A DNA stretch of 64,000 bases, taken from Octopus sinensis (Eukaryota). Under the pieces are notes generated by a model. The model ran no database searches. It was given only the letters and a program-made list of their open reading frames with translations, and was not told where the DNA came from. Below, piece by piece: positions 1-11,879 of the stretch. The stretch spans positions 46,686,001-46,750,000 of the forward strand of contig NC_043000.1 in assembly GCF_006345805.1 (NCBI RefSeq), given 5' to 3'. Numbering within the stretch: position 1 is the first letter of the stretch; every line of letters begins with the position of its first letter. The position numbers and the translations under genes were made by a program.

Positions 1-40
<40 letters not shown>

Positions 41-44
41 ATTA

Positions 45-94
<50 letters not shown>

Positions 95-110
95 GTTATT
101 ATTATTATTT
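1..110. repeat. (TTA)n microsatellite
   Basis: Direct reading: near-pure TTA repeats from the window start. Confidence 0.97.
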
Positions 111-543
111 ACTGAGAGAGCACTGCATGTCATCAAAGTGACACTGGGGTAAAATATACGAAGTCCAATATACCCATCATGACTACCCATGTGATAAGGG
201 TACACCAGGCATATGCATCACAATCATACAGTGATCTCATATCAAGATAAACAGCATATGACCTTGTCGGTGAGGACCAGTTAAAATTTTCTTCAGGTCA
301 AGTAGCTCATCCTGCACAAATGGTCCTTGAATAAAGGTTGTTTGATATTGAATGAGACACCTATGTTTCCAGAGGTGAATTATTCAAACCCAAAAGAATT
401 CCTCTCGACACACAAGGCTGTGATGCTCCACCACTACTTCTGCTCATGATCAGAGATGCACATATCATCTGCCACTAAGCGACATGTTCAACTGGTTATG
501 GTCAAGCAAATCTGACAAGCAATCTGTGGTACTGAGCAGAATA

Positions 544-545
<2 letters not shown>
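111..545. mobile_element. Partial copy of a non-coding interspersed repeat embedded in (TTA)n (family X)
   Basis: Colinear with 8585-9030 (gagagagca...catcaaagtgacactggggtaaaatatacgaag...gcagaatattt), with scattered substitutions. Flanked on both sides by (TTA)n. Confidence 0.85.
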
Positions 546-614
<69 letters not shown>

Positions 615-697
615 TATTATCATTATTATATTATTATATTATTATTATTATTATTATTATTATATTATTGTTATTATTATTATTATTGTTATTGTTA

Positions 698-747
<50 letters not shown>

Positions 748-750
748 GTT
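546..750. repeat. (TTA)n/(TTG)n microsatellite
   Basis: Direct reading. Explains the poly-Y/poly-I ORF 484..786. Confidence 0.95.
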
Positions 751-1478
751 AAACGTGGAAAAGGAGATTCTTCCTTCAACTTCTGAGAACTTTGTCAATT
801 AAAATGATGGCTACAGATTGATAATGCCTCAATTTACACTCAGTAAATATTATGTCCATGCTTTATAATTCTTTCATGTTAACTAAGATTTCTGCTTCTT
901 AATTTCAATAAGAATTTAATGAAATAGGAGTATAGTGCATTAATTCTGCATTTGAAAGTTTCATTTACTAAATTACAAGTGAATTTCTCCTCTTTTACTG
1001 AATATGTATGAATATTAAACAATGGCGAGATTATTGATTATATAAATGTCATTGATTCCTTACTTTGCAACTAGGCTAGAATCAGATGTTTCAGAAACAT
1101 AGTTCATTGAATCAACCCAAGTACATTATAGATTCTTATTTAAGAGATCTATGGGATGGGTGGCAGCTGGTCTTGGGTGGGATAAAGGTAAATATGCTGC
1201 AAAGTATAGTCAGTTTCGACTGGATTCAATCTTGTGACTAACTATAAATTATGACAATACCAGTGTTAGAGTTGGTGACTAGAAAAGCATATGGCCACAG
1301 GTATTCCATATTAACCAATATGAGCATGGAAAAGTGGACATTACAGTGATGATGAAGATCATGACTGATTATAAAACCTCTGAGACTTGTAGGAGGGTGG
1401 AAGAAATGTATCCCCTACTAGAAACCTGGTTCAAACACTTGCAATAGAGTGGAGTCTACTACAGTCACCTTAGAACAA

Positions 1479-1770
1479 GGGGTGATAGCTCAGTGGTTAG
1501 AGCATCGGGCTATCATTCATGAGGTAGTGATTTCAATTCCTGGACCGGGCTGTGTGCTGTGTTCTTGAGCAAGACACTGTATTTCTCATTGCTCCAGTTC
1601 ACTCAGCTGTAGAAATGACTTCCAGCATCATTGGTGCCAAGCTATATAGGCTTTTGCCTTTCCCATCAGTAGTGTGGAGAGGGGAGGCTGGTATGCATGG
1701 GTGGGTACTGGTCTTCCATAACCAACCTTGTCCAGACTTGTGCTTTGGAGGGTAATTTTCAAGGGGTCTT
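1479..1770 (+). mobile_element. tRNA-derived SINE, family C (CORE-like central domain)
   Basis: A-box TAGCTCAGTGG and B-box-like TTTCAATTCC, then gtgttcttgagcaagacact...cagttcactcagctgtagaaatg resembling the CORE domain. A reverse-complement copy lies at 14380-14712. Confidence 0.75.
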
Positions 1771-2568
1771 TACTCTTTTTATTGTTCCAGGGAAAGATTT
1801 AAATCTAATGACAAAGCAGGTTACAGCAGCATTTGAACTCAAAATACAAGAGTCCAGAACTACTATTGCTAGGCCTTGAGTTCAACATTCTAATAATTTC
1901 ACCATTTCACTACCTTGGTTGGTATTTTATTTATAGCCTCCTTCAGGATGAAAGGTAAAGTTGACCTTGGTAAGCATTGAACTTAGAATGCAAGAAGGTA
2001 GAATAAATACTGCAAGACATTTTGAATGATGCTGCTGCTACTCTGACCATTTGCTGGTTACTTTCAAGAAGTTTATATTTACTTAAGTACTGTTTTTTTT
2101 ATATATATTTCCATGCAGATTGTGTCTCTGAGTAATTAACTTCAGGGATTTGTTTGTTTTGTTTTTTTTCTAAAATTAGATATTAAGTATTTCGTTCTTG
2201 GTATTGACTTAAAAATATTTTATTGAAATAGTTGATGTCTCTAATATGTTGTCCCACAACCATATCCAAGCCTAGGGCAGGAATCAAACAAATAAACAAA
2301 CAATAAAGGAATAATGTACTAATAAGACCAGAAACTTAAGGCAAAGGAGGCAGTCAATTAAATCAAACTCAGTCCTTGACTGGTATTTTGTTTCATCAAA
2401 GCCAGAAGCAAATTTGGTTTTATACAAATCTGAACTCAAAAAAGGGCCAGAAAAAAAAAAGAAACATCATTTCACATATTTGTCTGATGCTCTCATTATT
2501 CTGCCAGTTCTTCCACCTTCTTGGACTGGGCTAAACTAAGAATTGACAGAAATGTTAATGTGTACATG

Positions 2569-2569
<1 letters not shown>

Positions 2570-2599
<30 letters not shown>

Positions 2600-2711
2600 C
2601 TTCTTCTTCTTCTTCTTCTTCTTCTTCTTCTTCTTCTTCTTCTTCTTCTTCTTCTTCTTCTTCTTCTTCTTCTTCTTCTTCTTCTTCTTCTTCTTCTTCT
2701 TCTTCTTCTTC
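2570..2711. repeat. (TTC)n/(GAA)n microsatellite, about 47 pure units
   Basis: Direct reading. Source of the poly-E and poly-S ORFs. Confidence 0.98.
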
Positions 2712-3159
2712 AACAAGAGATTTTTTTTTATTCAACAAGCGATTTGGGTGTCAAGTTCAAAGGGTAAGGTCAACCAGTTTAACATCTTTTTATATGCTGT
2801 CTGTAAGGCTGGAAAAACTATAAGAGAGAGAGAGAGAGACAGTAAGTCTAATATGAGCTGATGTGGGAGGGACTCACTGGAAACAGCTGTAGGGGATTGA
2901 CACATCATCCATCTGTTATTTGCTGAAAACATGTGTTGAACAAGATTTGATATTTTGATGTCAGGAAATTTCCCTTATAACTGCATATAGGTTGATTGAA
3001 TTTGAAATATTCTTCTTAGATATAGTATACTGGTAATAATATATGATATATTTAAACTAGAGACCACTTCTGGTTGCTTTGATCTATTGGAGGCTTGAGA
3101 TATTTTTTCCAGGAGCTGATCTTCACACATCCTAACAACCCAATGCATACATTCATATA

Positions 3160-3379
3160 TGTGTACACACACGCACACACTCACTCACACACATTCACAC
3201 ATACACACGCACACATACACATACACACACACTCACACACACGTATGAATCCCTGAAGAGGATTCATGAGGAATCTTTGAAAGGGACAAAATTGGTAAAT
3301 GAAGTTTTTATCCCAATCCTGACTACCTTCATTTTTTTAATATATAAAATCTATACAACACTTCAGGCAATTTATGCAT

Positions 3380-3450
<71 letters not shown>
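3160..3450. repeat. Two (CA)n tracts (about 3160-3242 and 3381-3450)
   Basis: Direct reading. Confidence 0.9.
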
Positions 3451-3455
<5 letters not shown>

Positions 3456-3762
3456 AATATTCTGCTACATTCAGTTTTAGCCTTTCATCCTTTTGGGGGC
3501 TAAATAAAGTACCTGTCAAAGAACTGGATTAAATTTTATACAAAATTCGTGGAAGTATGCGATTATTAGAAATCAATATTTATTGCCAATTACTCATGGA
3601 ACCTTGCAGCTTTCTGAGCCTGTGGTGGAGTGCAAAACTATCAATCAGTTCGTGGATAGTTCCTATCATGTTACTCCCTGTTGGTTTGCTATGTCTCTGA
3701 CAGATATATAATTGGCAAGGCTTAGATCTGGGCCAGCCCTGATTGATTAGATATATGATTAA

Positions 3763-3980
3763 CTCTTTTAATACCAACCTGTCTGACGCCACCTCAAGTT
3801 TTCTGAAAGAAACTCTATTTTGAAGTGATCGAAATTATAATCTTCCATCAAAATTTCAGGTTAATTTATGTTCCAAACACCAGTTTAATAACGACAGTTA
3901 TTTTTGTAAATTATATATAATTTTTAAAATGGATGTAAGCGAAGTTAGTGCACTTCAAGAGAAATATGGTAAGAAAAGGG
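3763..3980. mobile_element. TTAA-flanked MITE (piggyBac-like ends)
   Basis: TTAA|CTCTTTTAATACC ... GGTAAGAAAAGGG|TTAA: imperfect terminal inverted repeats with TTAA on both sides. Confidence 0.55.
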
Positions 3981-4379
3981 TTAAAGCATGCCAGTCTTGA
4001 AATTCTCATTTTTTTCCCCTGCTGATTTTGTCAATTAATTATGTTATGAACACATGGCTGAATTCTAGAAACACATTTACTCTACTTAGATATTAGTTTA
4101 ATGGACAGTTGATAAAATAACTGGGTGCAAATTATTAACTGTCAGATGACCCAACATCATCATATCTACAGTTTATGCTACTCCATGTTCCTTAATTATT
4201 ACAATGAAATAAGTATTACAGGGTTCTTGGCAAGATTTGATGGTTTAAAATAAAGGGGAAAAAACACGACATGCTATCCAAAGATAAAAGTATATAAAGG
4301 AATCAAAAACTATTAACTAAATTATGAATGGGTCATAACATTTGACTCAAAGTAACCACCCACAGCTTCCCCCGAAAGA

Positions 4380-5100
4380 CAGTTTCAGAACCTGGTGCAT
4401 GAGTTCCTCACTGTGCTCTTGAGAAGGTCTTTGAAGACCTCTTTGACTTTGACCACCAGCTCAGCCTTGGTGCTACTGGTAAAATAATTGGTGTTTTTCT
4501 AAACCATTTCACACACATAGTAATTCATGGGATTAAAATCAGTAGAATTGGAAGGCCAGAAATTGGGTCTGGTGAATTCATAGGAATTCTCTGACAACCA
4601 CTTTTGACTATTTCTAGAGGTATGACAAGGAGCCGAACCCTGCTTCCATACATATGACCTTCCAGCAACAACCATCTCTAGTCAGGGATTGACACAGTCT
4701 CCAACAATTTTACATAGCTGTCTAAATTGAACCTAAAGATGTAGAGTGCTATGACATCTCAATCACAGGAGACACACCCAACAACCATCACAGTTTAAAG
4801 AACTTGGTTTTCATGATATCCATATCACATCATACAGCCTTTTATGTTCACAAAAGCATTGAACAATAGTCATGATGTCAGCATTTTGACACCCAGTGTA
4901 AATCATCATGATACAGTTAACTCTTTTCCTATATTCAGATGGTTTCCAGTACTCCATGGCAGCTAACCTTTTCTCTTAACTTTAATCTTTATGTATTTCA
5001 GTGCTTTTGACTGTTCATCAAGACATCAAGTTGTTCCTGAAAAAGAAGGAACATGAATCATTGTCAAAGTTAGTCTGAACATCCTGTAAAATTGTTGCAA
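4380..5100 (-). mobile_element. Degenerate Tc1/mariner-superfamily transposase, DD37D (maT)-like spacing
   Basis: Manual minus-strand translation gives VWKQGSAPCHTSRNSQKWLSENSYEFTRPNFWPSNSTDFNPMNYYV. This matches the QQDxAPCH...WPxxSPDLNPxDY motifs, with 37 residues between the mutated catalytic positions. Confidence 0.65.
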
Positions 5101-5160
5101 TTACAGTTTGCCCCTAGGTCATAAATAGTGGCAGAATCCTGCTTTATGCGCAGCATATAA

Positions 5161-5752
5161 CCCTTTATAAATTTTTCAAGTTTCGGAATTTTCAGAAAAT
5201 TTCTGTGCATTTGTGTTCTAACACAGGCGAAATCATACGATTATACAAAAACCAAAGAAATTTTTTTTTTTGACTTAAGAGGTATTTAGCTGTTATCTTT
5301 AGCACATCTCTTGACCACCTCATACAGTGTTTTTGTCACTCAGACATATTGATATTTATCTTTTCCCCATAAAGACATTTAATAGTCTATGTCTGGAATT
5401 TAAGCCAAAATTTTGAACTGTACGTATTTTAAACTGATTTGAAAAAAATTCAAAAATTCAAAAAACTTAAATTTTGAAAAGTTAAAAATTTTTTTTCGCA
5501 TAGTTGTATGAATTCCTGCGTGTATAACACAAATTCACAAATATTTTCTGAAAATTTGAAAGAATAAAAAAATAATGAGGGGTTATATGCTGTGTGCAAA
5601 GCAGAATTCTGCTGAAGTAGCAACCAAATTTCACTTAAATCATTTTCTACTATCATAAAGGAAGGAAGGACATTTATAGAATATAAAGCTAAATATACAA
5701 AAAGCTGAAACATATAGGATTATAATTCTGTGTGAGAACGGTTATTAAGGGG
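5161..5752. mobile_element. Possible TTAA-type non-autonomous element
   Basis: ATAA|CCCTTTATAA ... TTATTAAGGGG|TTAA ends. The interior is AT-rich and non-coding. Confidence 0.35.
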
Positions 5753-6611
5753 TTAAAAAACCACAATAAAATCAGTATTAATGCTAACTTGAGGAAGTTT
5801 CTATGTGGTCACAGGTCTTCAAGAAATAGCAACTAAATCTTTCTAAAATTACAGAAGCTAGGAACATTACAGCTAGAAAGCCTATAATTATCAGTTTGCA
5901 AGATCAGTGCCAACTTGGTACTAAACGACAACTACAAGAATTTCATTAATTTTCTTCCTCAATTTCATTAACAATCTTGACCTTGTATCAGTCTCATAAC
6001 AGTATAAAAGAGTCCCCAACTCTTTTCCTATTTGAGATTGATGTAAGAGATATTTCTGAGTTAATTTTCTTGTCTTCATATTATACACTCAGTAACATGA
6101 ACAGTGATCAAGGCTCTTAATGTACTCTAAAAGATTGACGTAAATAATATTTTTGAGTCACGTATGCATTCAGTATTCAGCATGCTTTCAAGGATTATTA
6201 AAACCTGGAAAGAAATTAGATTCATCAATCATCTAATGAGAACAGCATTCTATAACAGGATAACGTCCCCATTTACACTAAGGAAAATTGAACATTATGT
6301 CCTTGGCTAATAATCCTTTATGATGTTTTGGCTACAGGATTTGCAATTTCAAAATTGAATATAATGCATTTAAGTTCATGGAAAAGAAATAATACAGTGA
6401 AGTGATTTAATATGAAAAGTATTTCCAACAGATTGTCCTTCTTCGGTGAGAAAGTATTCAGAGACTAATACCATAGGCACAGAAATTGCCTTGGGATTAC
6501 CCTTTGTCTGTTCTCTGAATAGGGACTATTTGTTCAAAATATTAGATTTTTCACTCTAATATTTAGTGTGAAAGCTAATTCACTGTAATTTATATTTATC
6601 TTTTATATAAT

Positions 6612-6948
6612 CCTTGTTTCAGTCATTTGACTGTGGCTATGCTGAGGCATTACCTAGAATCGATCACTACTTATATTTGAGCCTGGGACTTATTCTGTGA
6701 ATCTCCTTTGCCAAACTGCTAAGTTACAGGGACATAAAGAAACCAATACCACTTATCCAGGGAGAGGGTGAAAACACAATGACACACACACTCACACACA
6801 TATATATGCAACAGGCTACTAAACCAACTCACAAGACTTTGGCCATCCAAAGGCTGTAACAGAAGATTTGCTGAAGATGCCATGCAGTGGGACTGAACCC
6901 AGAACCATGTGGTTGGAAAGTAAACTTTTTACTACACAGCCACACCTG
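6612..6948 (-). mobile_element. tRNA-derived SINE, family B
   Basis: Reverse complement of the family B sequence (ggctgtgtggtaag...accacatggttc.gggttcagtcccactg...caaatgactgaaacaag) seen at 39613-40008. Confidence 0.8.
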
Positions 6949-8379
6949 TTCTTTACTTCTACAAACTTTGATAGATTAACTTTTGCTAATGTAGACTACT
7001 GCCATTTTTCTTCAGATCCAGGAACTTACATTATAGGACAGTAATTCCATTTATAAAAGTTTGATTTCTAATTCACTATATGTATTACTGTTATTGTCAT
7101 CAATTTATATTTCATTGAGATCAGCTTTGTCTTTCATGATTTGATAAAGTATCAATCAACTTCAGTAGTAAATTGAATTGACTCTTTACTGAGTATTTGT
7201 TGTCTTGTGCAAATGTTAGGAATCATTATTATCATTTTCAATAGTTCCATGCTACTACTTTGCAATTAACTGTGCATGTATATTCCAGTGGAACAACATA
7301 TTTTTTATTGTTTAATCTTAAATCATCCCTGATCAAAGATATTCCAATCATAACAGTCTTACATTTTTTTTCAGGTATTGTTTCTGGACACGCTTTTAGG
7401 AATTCATTGCATCATTTCCATATTTTAAAAATGGTAAGGTTTGGTAGAGGTATCTCCATCATAAGCATATGCTCAGAATTGTCTTTTGGTTAATGCAGAA
7501 TGTTATTTGTATGCAATTCCGGATTTAACCTTACTAAGGCCCTGAGCTATACAATTCTTGGAGGATCTTCATTAAAAATTATGCCAGAAGTTTCTTCTAA
7601 AAAGCTGGAAATATATATAAATCTCTAAGCTATAACCAGTTTAATTTATGCTTAAATCTAGTGCTGTTTGTATTGTTATGTCTTATTTTTATATCATATT
7701 TTAACTGCTCAACTGAAAGCATCTGTGTGTGAGATCAACTTGGCCTTTCATCATACTGGGGTTGGTAAAATAAGGTAACCGTCAAATACTGAAATATTTG
7801 TTCTTATTGTGTGTGCTCTGAGTTCAAATCCTGCTGAGGCCATATTTGCTTGGTGAGTGAATGCAGAAACTATAATGATGTCATTTCAGATGCTTTGGTC
7901 TTCTTGTTCTGGCACCTCATCCTCCAAGTTCATATCTCACCATGGCCTATATGAGTAGTAAATTTAATTCATCACCTGGTCAAAAACCACCACCTGGCAC
8001 TTTGTGTGCCTTTAGCAGAATTCGCTCTGGTTTGAGGGTATCTTCATCCCACCCAGTGCTTATGAAGAAACAAAAGCACTAACATCCATCATGACTAAAA
8101 GAATAAAAGATATTTCTGTGCGTTACTTTTTAATATTTTCAAAACATCTATTTTTGTTTCTCTTTTCAATTCCAGCATTCCGACTCTGCTTTAACTAATG
8201 AGCTGCACCTAAGCCTCAACAAGAGACATGAAGGAACAACAAAGTTTTGCATTCAAAGATGCTAACAGTTGAGGTACCATGCAATTGAAAGTGAGAAAAA
8301 GGAAAAACAATAGAATGAGCAACGATGCAGTTACATTTTCTTTTTCATAATTCGCTTATTTTGGGGCTGGGCGAAATAT

Positions 8380-8550
8380 TTAGCAGCACTTTGTACTTCT
8401 TTATGATGTGAGTTCAAATTCCCCCGAGGTCCACTTTGCCTATCATTCTTTTGAGATTAATAAAATAAGTACCAGTTCAGCACTGGGGATAAAGCAACCA
8501 GCTTGCCTCGTCTCCCAAACTTACTGGCATTATACCAAAAAATTTGAAAC
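8380..8550 (+). mobile_element. tRNA-derived SINE, family A variant (diverged)
   Basis: gagttcaaattcccccgaggtccactttgcctatcattc...taaaataagtaccagtt matches family A. Confidence 0.7.
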
Positions 8551-8584
<34 letters not shown>

Positions 8585-9138
8585 GAGTGAGAGAGCAGTT
8601 CATGCCATCAAAGTGACACTGGGGTAAAATATACGAAGCCCAATATACCCATCATGACTACCCGTCTGATAAAGGTACACCAGGCACATGCATCACAACC
8701 ATATGTGCGCGACATGGTGATCTCATATCAAGATAAACAGCACATGACCTTGCAGGTGGGGCCCAGTTAGAATTTTCTTCAGGTTGAGTAGCCCATCCCG
8801 CTCAAACGGTCCCTGAATAAGGGTTGTTTAAGGATGTTGAAAGAACCACCCATGTTTCCAGAGGTGAACTATTCAAACCCCAAAGAATCCCTCTCAACAC
8901 ATGGCTATGATGCTCCCCCACTACTTCTGCTCGTGATCAGAGATGCACATATCGTCAGCCACTAAGGGACATGCTCAACTGGTTATGGTCAAACAACTGA
9001 CAAGCAAATCTGTGGTATTGAGCAGAATATTTGCTGTAGCCCATCTTTTATACCAAGACAAAACAATGTACATGATAACACTTCCAATCAGTTAAGATCA
9101 GAAGCCATGAGAGCCACTGCCTGGTACTGCATCAGGGC
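8585..9138. mobile_element. Full-length (about 555 bp) family X element inside a (TTA)n array
   Basis: Second copy of 111-545 with an extra ~110 bp. No ORF. (TTA)n on both sides (8553-8584 and 9140-9400). Confidence 0.85.
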
Positions 9139-9139
9139 A

Positions 9140-9175
<36 letters not shown>

Positions 9176-9212
9176 GTTATTATTATTATTATGATTATGA
9201 TTATTATTATTA

Positions 9213-9264
<52 letters not shown>

Positions 9265-9265
9265 G

Positions 9266-9303
<38 letters not shown>

Positions 9304-9400
9304 CATTATCATCATTACCATTATTATTATTATCATTATCATCATTACCATTATTATTATTATCATTATCATCATTACCATTATTATTATTATTATTATT
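9140..9400. repeat. (TTA)n with TCA/CCA variant units
   Basis: Direct reading. Includes a higher-order ~30 bp unit (tatcattatcatcattaccattattattat) repeated near the right end. Confidence 0.95.
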
Positions 9401-10287
9401 CAGTAGTTTTATTTTTATAGCGTGCTTTCACTTCACTACTGAGCGCAGCTCTGTGTGCCTTGGGTATGTGCTGTGATTTGTTGTGATGCTCTGATGGTTA
9501 TTGTATGGAAAGTGTTCTGCGTAGGATGTGTGCAGTGCTTAGTAGTGCAATTTTCTGTATGTTATATGTGTTTGTATGTCCTGGTGTTTTTGTTATGTAT
9601 TTGTCTGAATATTTTTTTATCATGCCTAATGCACCTACTATGATAGGAATTGTTTCTGTTTTTAGATTACACATTCTGGTTACCTCTATTTCCAGGTCTT
9701 TGTATTTTGAAAGTTTCTCCATTTCTTTTAGAGACAAGTTGTCATCTGCCGGTATTGATACATCAATTAGAAAGCATTTTTTTTCTTCCTGATCTCTGAC
9801 AACTATATCTGGTCTGTTGGCCTTAATTTCTCTATCTGTGTGTATCAGCATATCCCAGAGTATGGTTGCTTTCTCGTTTTCTGTGACCTTTTCTGGTGTG
9901 TGCCTATACCATCTTTTTTCTGTTGTTATTCCATAATGTTGGCATAGCTTCCAGTGTATGTAGGTTCCAACTCTGTCATGTCTGTGGATATATTCCTTCT
10001 TAGCCAAGACTGGGCAACCAGAGATAATATGATTTATTGTTTCTTGTCCATCTCCACATATTCTGCAGTTACTTGTTATATTTCTTTTCATTACATGTTT
10101 TTGGTAATTTCTGGTGGGGAGGCTTTGGTCTTGTGCTGCAATTAAAAATCCCTCTGTCTCTGCTTTGAGTCCTGAGCTTCTCAACTATTGCTGGGATTTT
10201 TCTTTGTCTATTTCTTTTGCATTTAGTTTAATCCAGTATTTACCATGAAGGGGCTTTTCTTGCCATCGTTTTATCATGGTTCTAAAA
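9401..10287 (-). mobile_element. 5'-truncated non-LTR retrotransposon, restriction-like endonuclease (REL) type, Dong/R4-like
   Basis: C-terminal CCHC zinc knuckle (CRICG...ETINHIISGC) followed by a REL motif (HDRV...RPDIVV...LIDVSIP...KE.EKLSKY.DL). A ~95 nt 3' UTR ends in (ATA)n. Both flanks are (TAA)n. Confidence 0.88.
9498..10184 (-). CDS. ORF remnant: zinc knuckle plus REL endonuclease domain of the non-LTR element
   Basis: 228-aa ORF in the track. The frame continues upstream (IKRWQEKPLHGKYW...) across a stop, so this is a fragment rather than a gene start. Confidence 0.85.
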   Translation of the reverse strand: MRSSGLKAETEGFLIAAQDQSLPTRNYQKHVMKRNITSNCRICGDGQETINHIISGCPVLAKKEYIHRHDRVGTYIHWKLCQHYGITTEKRWYRHTPEKVTENEKATILWDMLIHTDREIKANRPDIVVRDQEEKKCFLIDVSIPADDNLSLKEMEKLSKYKDLEIEVTRMCNLKTETIPIIVGALGMIKKYSDKYITKTPGHTNTYNIQKIALLSTAHILRRTLSIQ

Positions 10288-10306
10288 ATATTATTATTAT
10301 TATTAC

Positions 10307-10375
<69 letters not shown>

Positions 10376-10482
10376 CATAATTATTATTATTAATATCATC
10401 ATCATCATCATCATCATCATCATTATCATTATTCTTCTTCTCTTCTTCTTCTTCTTCTTATTATTATTATTATTATTACTAT
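10288..10482. repeat. Compound (TTA)n-(TCA)n-(TTC)n-(TTA)n microsatellite
   Basis: Direct reading. Confidence 0.95.
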
Positions 10483-10489
10483 TTTAGCA

Positions 10490-10680
10490 TGCCAGGTGAA
10501 ATGCTTAATGATATTTCATCTGCCGCTACATTCTGAGTATAAATTAAGCTGAAGTTGACTTTGCTTTTCATCCTTTCAGAGTTGATGAAGTAAATGCTAA
10601 TTAAACACCGGGGTTAATGTAATCAACTAGTTTCTTTTCACAAAATTTCAGGCCTTGTGCCTATAGTAGAAAAGATTATT
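10490..10680 (+). mobile_element. SINE family A variant (5'-clipped)
   Basis: gcatgccaggtgaaatgcttaatgatatttcatctgccgctacattctgag...ctttgcttttcatcctttc...ggccttgtgcctatagtagaaaag. Confidence 0.7.
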
Positions 10681-11289
10681 ATTATTATCATCATCATCAT
10701 CATCATCATCATTATTGGATGAAACAGCAATGTTGTTATTTATTCAATATATTATGAAGTATTATCTCCGTAGTGTTTTTCTTAAGTTTGTATGAGTGGA
10801 ATATAATTTGATGAAACAAATTTTATTACATTTAATACTGGATGTTGATAGAAAAATAAATTCCTTGTAATATGATGTAGGTAGTTCAATATCAGTGAAA
10901 ATATATTAATATCATGAATGAATATAGAAAAAAGCTTTTTAGTTTTATATAATCTATTTAAGAGGAAAATAGTATTTGGTCAGACAAATTTTCATGTTTC
11001 TTCTCAAATCTTCCAAGTAAAAGCAAAGCCAAAGAGGAACCAATTGATGCTTACACAGGTTGGAATTACAGCCACTATCAAAATAGCCTGTGGGACTAGT
11101 AGGGGTGATTTTTAAACACATGGATCAATTTCACTGTATTGCACCATGGGCAAGTGTCACTTGTTATAGCTTTAGGCTGAACTAAACATTATGTGTGAAA
11201 TTGGTAGATAGAAACTACACAGAAGCCTATTACACATACATACATACATACATGCATACATACATGCATGCATGCATATATATAAACAT

Positions 11290-11420
11290 ACATACATGTA
11301 AAGGAGTCCAATTTTCCTTTACAGTCATCATATGAACAGCACAGAAGTATAGTGAGAAGAACGTTGGTGCAAGGATAGCTCTTTGCTTCACACCAGTTTT
11401 TATGCCATGTGATGGTAATA
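11290..11420 (-). mobile_element. RTE-like LINE reverse transcriptase fragment (motif B)
   Basis: ORF 11230..11484 contains GIKTGVKQRAILAPTFFSLYF, matching the RTE-type GVKQGCVLAPTLFS motif. Confidence 0.65.
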
Positions 11421-11438
11421 CTGATCTGCATGATACCT

Positions 11439-11853
11439 GTTTCTTTACTACCCACAGGGGGCTAAACACAGAGAGGACAAACAAGGACAGACAAACGGAT
11501 TAAGTCAATTATATTGACCCCAGTGCGTAACTGGTACTTAATTTATCGACCCCGAAAGGATGAAAGGCAAAGTCGACCTCAGCGGAATTTGAACTGAGAA
11601 TGTAACGGCAGACGAAATACCTATTTCTTTACTACCCACAGGAGGCTAAACACAGAGAGGACAAACAAGGACAGACAAACGGATTAAGTCAATTATATTG
11701 ACCCCAGTGCGTAACTGGTACTTAATTTATCGACCCCGAAAGGATGAAAGGCAAAGTCGACCTCAGCGGAATTTGAACTCAGAACGTAGCAGCAGACGAA
11801 GTACCGCTAAGCATTTCACCTGGTGTGCTACCAATTCTGCCAGCTCGCCACCT
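11439..11853 (-). mobile_element. Tandem dimer of SINE family A within one 17-bp target-site duplication
   Basis: Copies at 11439-11620 (head-truncated) and 11622-11853. TSD ctgatctgcatgatacc (11421-11437) and ctggtctgcatgatacc (11856-11872). Confidence 0.9.
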
Positions 11854-11879
11854 TGCTGGTCTGCATGATACCGCTAAAT

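Noticed and set aside
3245-3285. CTGAAGA followed by a GGATTC/GAATCT hairpin
   Set aside because: There is no GAAA-C...UH arm or stem I partner at the right spacing, so it is not a hammerhead.
9115-9138. cctggtactgca motif reminiscent of the U2 snRNA 3' stem
   Set aside because: The match is about 12 nt only, with no U2 5' domain or Sm site.
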